Assembly: GCF_004010195.1 (NCBI RefSeq)
Contig: NC_057752.1
Location: 8,732,612 to 8,752,463, forward strand
DNA length: 19,852 bases
Reading direction: 5' to 3'
Source: Chiloscyllium plagiosum
Lineage: Eukaryota
Shown: one piece after another, positions 1 through 10,002 of the stretch
How positions within the stretch are numbered: the first letter of the stretch is position 1
Layout: the number at the start of each line of letters is the position of its first letter
Notes under the pieces: generated by a model
Told to the model about the DNA's origin: nothing
Database searches by the model: none
Seen by the model: only the letters and a program-made list of their open reading frames with translations
Made by a program: the position numbers and the translations under genes

Positions 1-40
1 AGAGAGAGAGAGAAAGATGAGAGAGAGAAAGATGGGAGAG
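1..40. repeat. (AG)n-rich purine microsatellite
   Basis: agagagagagagaaagatgagagagagaaagatgggagag seen directly. Confidence 0.8.
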
Positions 41-2743
41 TGGAAGGGGACTAATATACTGGCAGGGAGATTTGCGAGAGCTACTCGGGAGGATTTAAAC
101 TAGTAAGGCAGGGAGGTAGGACATGGAGATAGTGAGGAAAGATTTCAATCTGAGACTGGTACAGTTGAGAACAAAAGGGAGTCAAACAGTCAGGGCAGGC
201 AGGAACAAAGCAGATAACAAGGTAGGACTGATAAATTAAACTACATTTATTTCAATGCAAGGGACCTAACAGGGAAGACCGATGAACTCAGGGCATGGTT
301 AGGAACAAGGGACTGGGATATCATACCAATTACAGAAACATGGCCCAGGGATGGGTAGGACTGGCAGCTTAATGTTCCAGGATACAAATGCTACAGGAAG
401 GACAGAAAGGGAGGAGGGGGAGTGGCATTTTTGATAAGGGAATAGCATTAAAGCTGTACATCCAGGGAAGTTATTTGGATGGAATTGAGAAATAGGAAAG
501 GGATGATTGGGATTGTATTATAAACCCCCCTCCCCCCACCAATAGTCAGAGGGAAATTGAGAAACAAATTTGTAAGGAGATCTCTAGGTGGTTATGGTAG
601 GGGATTTTAGCTTTCCAAATATAGACTGGGACTGCCATAGTTAAGGGTTTTGATGGAGAGGAATTTGTTAAGTGTGTACAAGACAATTTTCTGATTCAGT
701 ATGTGGATGTACCTACTAGAGAAGGTGCAAAACTTGACCCACCCTTGGGAAATAAGGCAGGGCAGGTGACTGAGGTGTCAATGGGGGAGCACTTTGGGGC
801 CAGCGACTATAATTCTATTCGTTTTAAAATAGTGATGGAAAAGGATAGACCAGATCTAAAAGTTGAAGTTCTAAATTGGAGAAAGGCCAATTTTGATGGT
901 ATTAGGGAAGAACTTTCAAAAGCTGATTGGAGGCACATGTTCACAGGTAACTGGACAGCTGTAAAATGGGAAGCCTTCAGAAATGAGATGAAATAATGAG
1001 AGTTCAGAGAAAATATACTCCTGTTAGGGTGAAAGGGAAGGCTGGTAGGTATAGGGAATGCTGGATGACTAAAGAAATTGAGGGTTTGGTTAAGAAAAAG
1101 GAGGAAGCATATGTCAGGTATAGACAGGACAGATCAAGTGAATCCTTAGAAGAGTATAAAGGAAGTAGGAGTATACTTGAGGGAAATCAGGAGAGGAAAA
1201 GGGGACATGAGATGGCTTTGGCAAATAGAATTAAGGAGAATCCAAAGGAATTTTACAAATAAATTAAGGACAAAAGGGTAACTAGGGAGAGAATTAGGGC
1301 CCCTCAAAGGTCAGCAAGGCAAGCTTTGTGTGGAACCGCAGGAGATGGGGGGAGATGGTAAATGAGTATTTTGCATCAGTATTTACTGTGGAGAAGGAGA
1401 TGGAAGATATAGAATGTAGGGAAATAGATGGTACATGTATTTGAAAAGGCAAGGACTGATTAGAGATAGTCAACATGGCTTTATGTATGGAAAATCATGT
1501 CTCACAAACTTGATTGAATTTTCTGAAGAACTAACAAAAGAGGACTGATGAGGGCAGAGCGGTAGATGTAATTTATATGAACTTCAGTAAGGCGATCGAC
1601 ATGGTTATCCATGGGAGACTAGTTAGCAAGGATAGATCTCACGGAATACAGGGAGAACTTGCTATTTGGATATAGAACTGGCTCAAAGGTAGAAGACAGA
1701 GGGTGGTGGTGGAGGGTTGCTTTTCAGACTGGAGGCCTGTGACCAGTGGAATGCCACTAGGATCGGTGCTGGGTCCACTACTTTTCATCATTTATATAAA
1801 TGATTTGGATGGGAGCATAAGAGGTGCAGTTAGTAAGTTTGCAGAGGACACCAAAATTGGAGGTGTAGTGGACAGCAAAGAAGGTTACCTCAGATTACAA
1901 TGGGATTTTGATCAGATGGGCCAATGGGCTGAGAAGTGGCAGATGGAGTTTAGTTTAGGTAAATGTGAGGTGCTGCATTTTGGGAAAGCAAATTTTAGCA
2001 GGACTTATACACTTAATGGTAAGGTCCCAGTGAGTGTTGCTGAACAAAGAGACCTTTGTGTAGGTTCATAGCTCCTTGAAAGTAGAGTCGCAGGTAGATA
2101 GGATAGTGAAGATGTTTGGTATGCTTTCCTTTATTGGTCAGAGTATTGAGTACAGGAGTTGGGAGGTCATGTTGTGGCTGTACAGGACATTGGTTAGGCC
2201 AATGTTGGAATATTGCGTGCAATTCTGGTCTCCTTCCTATCGGAAAGATGATGTGAAACTTGAAAGGGTTCAGAAAAGATTTAAGGATGTTGCCAGGGTT
2301 GGAGGATTTGAGCTATAGAGAGAGGTTGAAAAGGCTGGGGCTATTTTCCCTGGAGCGTTGGAGGCTGAGGGGTGACCTTATAGAGGTCTATAAAATCATG
2401 AGGGGCGTGGATAGGATAAATAGGCAAAGTCTTTTCCCTGGGGTGGGGGAGTCCAGAACTAGAGGGCATAGGTTTAAGGTGAGAGGGTAAAGATATAAAA
2501 GGGACCTAAGGGGCAACTTTTTCACACAGAGGGTGGTGTGTGTATGGAATGAGCTGCTAGAGAAAGTGGTGGAGTCTAGTACAATTGCAACATTTAAAAA
2601 GGCATCTGGATAGGTATATGAATAGGAAGGGTTTGGAGGGATATGGGCCAGGTGCTGGCAGGTGGGACTGGATTGGGATATCTGGTTAGCATGGACGAGT
2701 TGGACCGAAGCGTCTGTTTCAGTGCTGAACATCTCTATGACTA
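41..2743 (+). mobile_element. CR1-clade LINE, degenerate: end of ORF1, ORF2 (APE endonuclease + RT) and 3' UTR
   Basis: 41-103 reads WKGTNILAGRFARATREDLN*, like a CR1 ORF1 C-terminus. From ~236 it reads YIYFNARDLTGKTDELRAW...DIIPITETW (endonuclease N-terminus). ORFs 703-1262 give PTREGAKLD...SDYNSIRF...NWRKANFD. RT motifs VTSGMPLGSVLGPLLFIIYINDLD and KFAEDTK (1703-2071), then LVRPMLEYCVQFWSP and LRGDLIEVYKIM. Ends ...ctctatgact. Many frameshifts and stops. Confidence 0.95.
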
Positions 2744-3046
2744 AGTTAGAATTCCACCATAGATGGTGAAATTTGAATTCAATAGAAATCTAGAATTAAA
2801 AGCTGGTTAGTGGTGAACATTTTAACCATTGTCCACAGTCAAAGAAAGAAAGATATGGTTCATGAATGCCCTTTAGGGAAAGAAATCCACTCTTTGCCTG
2901 ATCTGACCAACATGCGAGTCCAGACCCATAACGTGGTTGATTCATCACTGCCCTCTGAAATAGCAGGGTGAGCCAGTCAGCTTGAGGGCAAGAATGAATA
3001 TTGGTCTCACTAGTAGCACCCACATTCCATGTAAGAATAAAAAAAG
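2744..3046 (+). mobile_element. 5'-truncated SINE-like repeat (probable tRNA-derived chondrichthyan SINE)
   Basis: Starts at a decayed B-box-like gttagaattccacc, contains tttagggaaagaaatc...ccagacccata...ctgccctctg and ends cacccacattccatgtaagaataaaaaaa. Resembles from memory an abundant shark SINE; family not verified. Confidence 0.6.
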
Positions 3047-3049
3047 TTA

Positions 3050-4423
3050 TGACAGGGTAATGAAGTCATTAACTAGTGATGAAGGCAGAGCAGTCAACAT
3101 TATTTACTTGGACTTTGTAAAACCTTTGACAAGGTTCTGCATGGTAGACTAATTAGTAAAGTTAGAACACAAGGGATTCAGAGTGAGCTTGCCAACTGAA
3201 TACAAAATTGGTTTGACGATTGACGATACAGGGTGGTGGTGGTGGTGGGTTGTTTGTTTTTCGGACTGTAACCAGTGTTCCCCAGGGATTGGTGCTGAGT
3301 CCACTTTTGTGTCATTTATATAAATGATTTAGATGAGAATAAAGAAGGCATGGTTAGTAAGTTTGCAGATGACACCAGTATTGGTGGTATAGTGGACAGT
3401 GAAGAAAGTTATCTAAGATTACAAAGATCTTGATCAATTGAGTCCATGGGCTGAAAAGTGGCAGATGGAGTTTAATTTGGATAAATGAGAGATACAGGTA
3501 GTTCTTCTAGAACGCGATGGTTGCATTCTTGTGCAACCTCACATTATAGAAAAATTGCGCTTTAGAAACAGGGCTTAAAGTGTTGGTGACGTAATCATGT
3601 TACAGCCAACACATTTTAAAAGTTCGCGCTTTAGAAACAGTGTCCCCAATCGGTCAATCGCATTACAGCAAATTCACATTAACAAAGTGCATGTTATAGC
3701 AAAACGACCTGCATTGCATTTTGGCAAAACAAACAAAGGCAGAACTTGTACAATTAAAAGTAGGGCCTTGGGTAGTGTTGTAGAACAGAGAAACCCAGAA
3801 GTTAGTGTACATAATTCTTTGAAGTTTGCCTCATATATAGATAGGGTGGTTAAGGCAGCATTTAGTATGCTTGCTTCATTGCTCAGACCTTGAAGTTGGG
3901 ACATCATATTAATGTTATACAGGATGTTGGTGAGGTCTCTTCTGGAGTACTGTTTGCAAGTCTAGTCACCCTGTTATAGGAAGGATATTATTAATCTGGA
4001 GAGGGTTCAGAAGAGATTTACCAGGATGTCACTGTGAATGGAGGGTTTGAGTTATAAAGAAAGGCAGGATGGGCTGAAGCGTAGGAGGTTGAAGGCTGAC
4101 CTTAGAGGTTTATAAAATCATAAGGGGTATAGATATGGTGAATTGTAGGCATCTTTTCCCTAGGAGTAGGGGATTTCAAAACTAGGACTTTTTTTTTTAA
4201 AAAAAGTAGACAAAGATTTAAAAAGACATGGGTGCATTTTTTTAAAAAAAAAGCAGACTGGTTCATATGTGGAATGAATTTCCAGAGGAAGTGGTGGATG
4301 GAAGTACAGTTACAACATTTAAAAGACGTTTAGATAAGTACAATGAATAGGAAATGTTTGGAGGGATGTGAGCTAAGTGCAGGCAAATGGGATGAGCTTA
4401 TTTGGGATTATGATTGGCATGGA
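3050..4423 (+). mobile_element. CR1 LINE 3' fragment (RT to 3' UTR), interrupted by a MITE
   Basis: Parallels 1545-2693: gatgaaggcagagcag, tttgacaaggtt, taagtttgcagatgacacc (KFADDT), ctggagtactgt, tataaaatcataagggg. The extreme 3' end is missing. Confidence 0.9.
3495..3711. mobile_element. 217-bp MITE / non-autonomous Tc1-mariner/pogo-type DNA transposon
   Basis: Imperfect TIRs: CAGGTAGTTCTTCTAGAAC vs reverse complement of the right end CAGGTCGTTTTGCTATAAC (15/19). Flanked by TA (3493-3494) and CA (3712-3713). Removing it restores CR1 aaatgagagaTAttgcattttgg. Internal direct repeat gcgctttagaaacag occurs twice. Confidence 0.8.
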
Positions 4424-4430
4424 ATGGTTA

Positions 4431-4510
4431 CAGATGCTGCCAGATCTGCCGAGCTTCTCCAACACCACATTTTTTTTTTCAGATTTCCAGCATCTGCAAT
4501 TCTGTGTGTT
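4431..4510 (+). mobile_element. Short Penelope-like pseudo-LTR 3'-end fragment
   Basis: cagatgctgccagatctgccgagcttctcca...cagatttccagcatctgca resembles the sequence downstream of the hammerhead in PLE-A (minus strand 6054-6110, gatgctgcctggtttgctgtgttcttccagc). Inverted 9-mers cagatgctg (4431-4439) and cagcatctg (4488-4496). Confidence 0.65.
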
Positions 4511-4942
4511 ATGTTACTGCAGCTGAAAGTTTCCTAGATTCGCAACTGACAAGGTCACAGATAGGTAGTCAAACCTGTTTCCTTTACACATCAAGGAAGT
4601 AGGAGAAGGGCTTTCTGCATTTTCAGTTACAAGGTTATTTCTCCCCAAGCCAAGGAAACAGCTTGCATAATCACTCAGATTAAAAAGGAAAGTTTTGACA
4701 ATGCTTTTAAGCATCAATAGATTTTTTAAAACTCAACCACAAACAGAGTATTAAGTTCCCATTGCTGTGTTCCTTTATTGATCTTTAATTGCCACATGCA
4801 AATTGTTTTACAAAAACGCATGATTTTGGAAAATAAAGCATTCTTTGCCTTTGAACATAATCGATTTTATTAAATACTCAGATTTACAAAGACCTAGCAA
4901 GTGCATGTTTGACTCAAATTATAGGAAACATCAAATCCCTCC

Positions 4943-4944
<2 letters not shown>

Positions 4945-4973
<29 letters not shown>

Positions 4974-4980
4974 AGGGGGG
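4945..4980. repeat. Poly-G tract (G29-A-G6)
   Basis: Seen directly; a C-rich tract follows at ~5042-5062. Confidence 0.9.
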
Positions 4981-6115
4981 ACTGATTTCAGCTCCTGAAT
5001 TTGACCAGAGGGAAAATGTCACTCAATTATTGTGTTTTCTTCCCCCCCCCACCCCCCAACCCAGTGCAGAGACTGAATCAGACTGGATCTATGGGCTTCT
5101 TTGCTTGCTTTGAGCACTGATGTATCCATTTTTTGAACTTGGCCCCCTCAGATGCCAGGGACACATGACTGCTGTCTTGCCGAAACAAAGTCAAGAAGCT
5201 CGTCACATGTCAGCAAATGTCAGTCAAGATAAGAGATAGCTTTTGTTCAGAGGCTCCCGACATAGTAAATCCCATCTTACAAGACCTCCAGGAACCTGAA
5301 AAGCAAGCTGCCAATTTCCCCTTCTGCCCTATCCAGGGCAAGTATCAGCAATTGCACAGGGAGCTCTGGACTGATAGCACTAGTCCAGGTATACAAAAGA
5401 GCTTTTAAAAAGGTGGCATGGACACAAGGGGTGCTGATGAATCCAGGATATCCACTGAGTGGAGAATTGTTCTGGGAACAGCACATGGCAATATGGGGCC
5501 AGAATTAGATTGGAGATATACCACAGGTGCTCGGTAGATAATTAAAAAAAAAGAGACAAGATTGACAAAGTACAGTGAGAAGTCTTGCTTTGTCTCATGG
5601 TGACAAACCCTCAAATTCTCAGCACAGTTCAGACTTCAAAAAATAAAGTAGGATTTGGTCCTTCGTCCTCTAACTGGGCAAGACACCAAAATTCAAAACT
5701 TTAGGATAAACTTATGGAACCTTGATCATCAGGCAGTCACCTGTGTTGCAAGTAACAGAATTTGCTCTCACTCATTGGTGTTAAACCGAAAGGAAACACG
5801 GCAAAATAAATCTCACGCTAAATGCTAGAATTCAAATCACAAAGGGAATCAGGACTACAGAATCACAACTATCCAATCTGCAAAACCAAGGATTTTGAAC
5901 TAACTGCTTACCAAAATTATTACCAGGAACTTCCACTATAATGGGCACATTGCTCAACTACCTGATCTTTGTAAGCATTTCAGAGAGCCATATATTTTTA
6001 AACTTGTATCTTTTGGACTTGCTTTATTTCTAATCTGCATTTTGAAATAACTCCAAGGTAGACAGGCAGGAGGCTGGAAGAACACAGCAAACCAGGCAGC
6101 ATCAGGAGATGGAGA

Positions 6116-6150
6116 AGTCGACGTTTCAGGTGTAACCCTTCTTCAGGGCT
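6116..6150 (-). ncRNA. Minimal type I hammerhead ribozyme motif (PLE-A), partly degenerate
   Basis: Minus strand: agcc CUGAAGA a gggu uac accu GAAAC GUC gacu. CUGANGA and GAAAC core with a GUC triplet; stem I has one mismatch. Confidence 0.7.
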
Positions 6151-6230
6151 GGGGGTGGGTGTGGGGGGAGCTGCAGATAAAGGGGGTGGTGGGGGCAGGG
6201 AATAGGTGAAGACAGGTAGAGGGTACAACC

Positions 6231-6751
6231 NNNNNNNNNNNNNNNNNNNNNNNNNNNNNNNNNNNNNNNNNNNNNNNNNNNNNNNNNNNNNNNNNNNNNN
6301 NNNNNNNNNNNNNNNNNNNNNNNNNNNNNNNNNNNNNNNNNNNNNNNNNNNNNNNNNNNNNNNNNNNNNNNNNNNNNNNNNNNNNNNNNNNNNNNNNNNN
6401 NNNNNNNNNNNNNNNNNNNNNNNNNNNNNNNNNNNNNNNNNNNNNNNNNNNNNNNNNNNNNNNNNNNNNNNNNNNNNNNNNNNNNNNNNNNNNNNNNNNN
6501 NNNNNNNNNNNNNNNNNNNNNNNNNNNNNNNNNNNNNNNNNNNNNNNNNNNNNNNNNNNNNNNNNNNNNNNNNNNNNNNNNNNNNNNNNNNNNNNNNNNN
6601 NNNNNNNNNNNNNNNNNNNNNNNNNNNNNNNNNNNNNNNNNNNNNNNNNNNNNNNNNNNNNNNNNNNNNNNNNNNNNNNNNNNNNNNNNNNNNNNNNNNN
6701 NNNNNNNNNNNNNNNNNNNNNNNNNNNNNNNNNNNNNNNNNNNNNNNNNNN
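6231..6751. other. Assembly gap (521 N)
   Basis: N run. By position it would hold PLE-A's GIY-YIG region (inference). Confidence 1.
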
Positions 6752-7471
6752 AGCAGTGGAATGGGGAATGGAGGTGGTGTGGTGGAGGCTTGTCTTGATG
6801 ACAGAGGGCGAAAAACCATGTTGTTCAAAATAGGTGGATATCTGGAGTGGAATGTTTCGTCAGAACGGATGCAGAGAAATTGGGAAAACAGGATCGAGTT
6901 CTGTCAGGATACTGGGTGGGAGGAGGTGTAGTCCAGGTAGTTATGGAAGTCTGTGGGTTTGTAGTAAACGTCAGTCCGTAAACTGTCACTGAAGATAGAA
7001 ATAGAGGGGTCAGGAAAGGGGAGGGAGGTGTCCGAGATGGACCAAGTGAATTTAAGGGCAGGTGGAAGTTGTGGGCCAAGTCGATGAACTGCTCCAGTTC
7101 AGCCTGGTTGCAGGACATTGCACCGATGCAGTCATCAATGTAATGGCATTAGAGTTGAGGCACAATGCCTGTGTAGGTACTGAAGAGGGACTGTTCAACA
7201 TAGCCAAAGAGGCAGGCCCATCTTGGTGCCCATGGCCACTCTCCTGGATTTGGAGCAAATGGGAAGAGTTGAAGGAAAAGTTGAGGGTAAGGACCAGTTC
7301 GACTGTGTGGAAGAGGTTATTGGTGGAGGGGAACTGGATGGGTCTGTTGGAGAAGAAGACATTGAGAGCCATCCTTAGGGGAATGGATGTGTATAAGGAC
7401 TGCACGTCCATAGTGAAGATAACACGCTGGCGGCCAGGAAACTGGAAGTTACTGAAGAGGTAACTTCAGTA

Positions 7472-8364
7472 TTACCAACTTAATTGAGTTCTTTGGAGGA
7501 AGTGACCAAATTGATAGATTAAAGAAGGGCTGTTATATACATGGTCTTTAGTAAGGCGTTTGATAAGGTTCCCCATGGTAAATAGAGAAAGTGAAGTCAC
7601 ATGGTGTGCAGGGTGTTCTAGCTAGTTGGATAAAGAACTAGTTGAGCACTAGGAGACAGTTGTAGTTGAAGGGAGTTTCACAAAATGGAGAAAGGTGACC
7701 AGTGGTGTTCCACAAGGATCAGTGCTGGGGCCACTTTGTGATATACATAAATGATCTGGAAGAGGGCACAGTTGGTATGATCAGCAAGTTTGCAGATGAC
7801 AAAGAAGATTGGTGGAGTAGCAGAAAGCATAAAAGACTGTCAAAGATTACAGGAGAATATAGATAGACTGGAGAGTTGGGCAGAAAAGTGGCAGATGGAG
7901 TTCAATCCAGACCAAATGTGAGGTGATGCATTTAGGCAAGTCTAATTCTAGAGCAAATTATACAGTGAACAGAAGAGCCTTGGGAAAAGTTGATGGGCAG
8001 AGAGATCTGAGAGTGCAGGTCCATTGTACCCTGAAGGTTGCTGCACAGGTGGATAGAGTGGTCAAGAAAGCATATGGTATGCTTGCCTTCCATTGGACAG
8101 GGTATTGAGTATAAGAGCTGGCAGGTCATGTTAAAATTGTACAAGATATTGGTTCGGCTGCATTTACAGTGTACAGTTCTGGTCACCACATTACCAAGAG
8201 GACGTGGACGCTTTGGAGTGGGTGCAGAGAAGGTTTATGAGGTTGCCTGGTATGGAAGGTGCTAGCTATGAAGAGAGGTTGAGTAGGTTAGGTTTGTTTT
8301 CGTTAGAAAAAAAAAGTGATTGAGGGGGAATCTAATTGAGGTTTACAAAATCATGAAGGCTTTA
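7472..8364 (+). mobile_element. CR1 LINE RT fragment (5' part of the copy split by PLE-B)
   Basis: aacttaattgagttctttg, tttgataaggttccccatgg, gtgaccagtggtgttccacaaggatcagtgctgggg, aagtttgcagatgac; ORF 7923-8108 HLGKSN...DLRVQVH. Confidence 0.92.
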
Positions 8365-8420
8365 CAAAGTTAAAAATCACACAACATCAGGTTATAGTCC
8401 AACAGGTTTAAGTGGAAGCA

Positions 8421-8455
8421 CACTAGCTTTCGGAGCGACGCTCCTTCATCAGGTG
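8421..8455 (-). ncRNA. Minimal hammerhead ribozyme motif (PLE-B left arm)
   Basis: Minus strand: cac CUGAUGA a ggagc guc gcucc GAAA gcua gug. Perfect 5-bp stem II, 3-bp stem I, loopless palindromic stem III (AGCU). Confidence 0.8.
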
Positions 8456-8806
8456 ATTGTGGAGGGCTCGATCGTAACACAGAATTTATAGCAAAAATCT
8501 GCAGTGTGATGTAACTGAAATTATACATTGAAGAATTGATTGTCTGTTAAGCCTTTCATCTGTTAGAATACAGTGATAGTTTCACTTCTTTCACGTGTAA
8601 ATCACAAAACCCTTTTTTTTTAAAGTTGCATTCTCGGGTTAGCGGTTAACAATGGTGACAATATGTTGAAGGTGTTAGCCCCCTGTGTTCTGTCTATGGC
8701 CTGATGTTTAGATTGATTCCAATCTAAAAAGTGAAATAACAGAGTTTTACATAAATTCATGCAGTTTTTGAGTTCAGAGTGTGACATGAATCTATGTGGT
8801 TTTTGA

Positions 8807-9166
8807 GCAAAGTGCAATGTACCTCTGAAAGTACCAAAAAAAATTCACCACACACAATATATGTGTACTTCCCAGGGGCTGAAAAATTGCACCATGTTCT
8901 TCGTGACCTGCAACACATTATCAATGAATTTGAGCACCTCACCAAGACCTTCCCCACACCTCCACTACTTGCCTTTAAACAACCGCGCAAAGTGCAATGT
9001 ACCTCTGAAAGTACCAAAAGAAATTCACCACACAATATATATGTGTACTTCCCAGGGGCTGAAAAATTACGCCATGTTCTTCGTGACCTGCAACACATTA
9101 TCAATGAATTTGAGCACCTCACCAAGACCTTCCCCACACCTCCACTACTTGCCTTTAAACAACCGC
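8807..9166. repeat. 180-bp tandem duplication (2 copies)
   Basis: 8807-8986 vs 8987-9166; 5 mismatched positions counted by eye. Confidence 0.95.
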
Positions 9167-9881
9167 CAAACCTCAAACATTGTTCGTAGCAAACTGCCCA
9201 GCTCTCAGGACAACTCCATACAACCCTGTCACGGTGGACGCTGCAAAACGTGTCAGATTGTGGACATAGATACCACTATTACGTGTGGGAACACCTCCCA
9301 CCATGTACATGGCAGGTACTCATGTGACTCAGCCAACATTGTTTATCGTATACGTTGCAGGCAGGGATGCACAGAGGCATGGTACATTGGGGAAACTGAG
9401 CAACGGCTATGACAACGGATGAATGGGCACCGCACAACAACCAACAAACAGGGGGGTTCCCTCCCAGTTGGGGGACACACGCGCACACGCACACACTTCT
9501 TTTGGTACTTTCAGAGGTACATTGCACTTTGCTCAAAAACCACATAGATTCATGTCACACTCTGAACTCAAAAACTGCATGAATTTATGTAAAACACCGT
9601 TATCTCACTTTTTAGATTGGAATCAATCTAAACATCAGGCCATAGACAGAACACAGGGGGCTAACACCTTCAACATATTGTCACCATTGTTAACAGCTAA
9701 CCCGAGAATGCAACTTTTTAAAAAAAAGGGTTTTGTGATTTACACGTGAAAGAAGTGAAACTATCACTGTATTCTAACAGATGAAAGGCTTAACAGACAA
9801 TCAATTCTTCAATGTATAATTTCAGTTACATCACACTGCAGATTTTTGCTATAAATTCCATGTTACGATCACCTCCACTAT

Positions 9882-9916
9882 CACCTGATGAAGGAGTGTC
9901 GCTCCGAAAGCTAGTG
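9882..9916 (+). ncRNA. Minimal hammerhead ribozyme motif (PLE-B right arm)
   Basis: cac CUGAUGA a ggagu guc gcucc GAAA gcua gug; a U-G wobble preserves stem II. Confidence 0.8.
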
Positions 9917-10002
9917 TGCTTCCACTTAAACCTGTTGGACTATAACCTGGTGTTGTGTGATTTTTAAACTTTGTACACCCCAGTCCAACACCGGCAACTC
10001 CG

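Larger units (their letters stand above)
6054..7461 (-). mobile_element. Penelope-like element A: RT region to 3' pseudo-LTR (spans the N gap)
   Basis: Minus ORF 7052-7411 MDVQSLYTSIP...VELVLTLNFSFNSSHLLQ is a PLE-type RT. Another frame gives a YIDDCIGA-like motif near 7120-7145, then ELEQFIDLAHNFH. A hammerhead-bearing 3' end lies at 6054-6150. Confidence 0.9.
8365..10002 (+). mobile_element. Penelope-like element B (Neptune-like GIY-YIG end) with an inverted 5' pseudo-LTR
   Basis: YFPGAEKLRHVLRDLQHII...PPLLAFKQPPNLK, then PCHGGRCKTCQ...YSCDSANIVYRIRCRQGC..AWYIGETEQRL (Cys-rich linker plus VY-YIG endonuclease). Arms 8363-8842 and 9497-9975 are reverse complements. Flanked by aatcatgaa(g/a)gcttta at 8349-8364 and 10003-10018. 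Confidence 0.92.

Noticed and set aside
4188..4253. Two T-run/A-run palindromes resembling terminators
   Set aside because: Homopolymer slippage inside a CR1 3' region in eukaryotic DNA.
5367..5445. 7-bp hairpin ctggact/agtccag and a CTGATGA at ~5434 as a possible ribozyme or snoRNA
   Set aside because: The short stem is expected by chance, and no stem II-GAAA follows the CTGATGA.
5217..5614. Short ORFs and a GTAAGA donor-like site near 5280 as a possible host exon
   Set aside because: No recognisable protein motif and no convincing acceptor-donor pair.
5998..6931. Long ORFs 5998-6828 (-) and 6206-6931 (+)
   Set aside because: Their length is an artefact of translating through the N gap.
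8757..9412. Overlapping ORFs with repeated peptides, suggesting a repeat protein
   Set aside because: Explained by the 180-bp duplication inside a broken PLE.
9423..9749. ORF nearly identical to the minus-strand ORF 8620-8817
   Set aside because: A consequence of the inverted pseudo-LTR arms; no recognisable protein.
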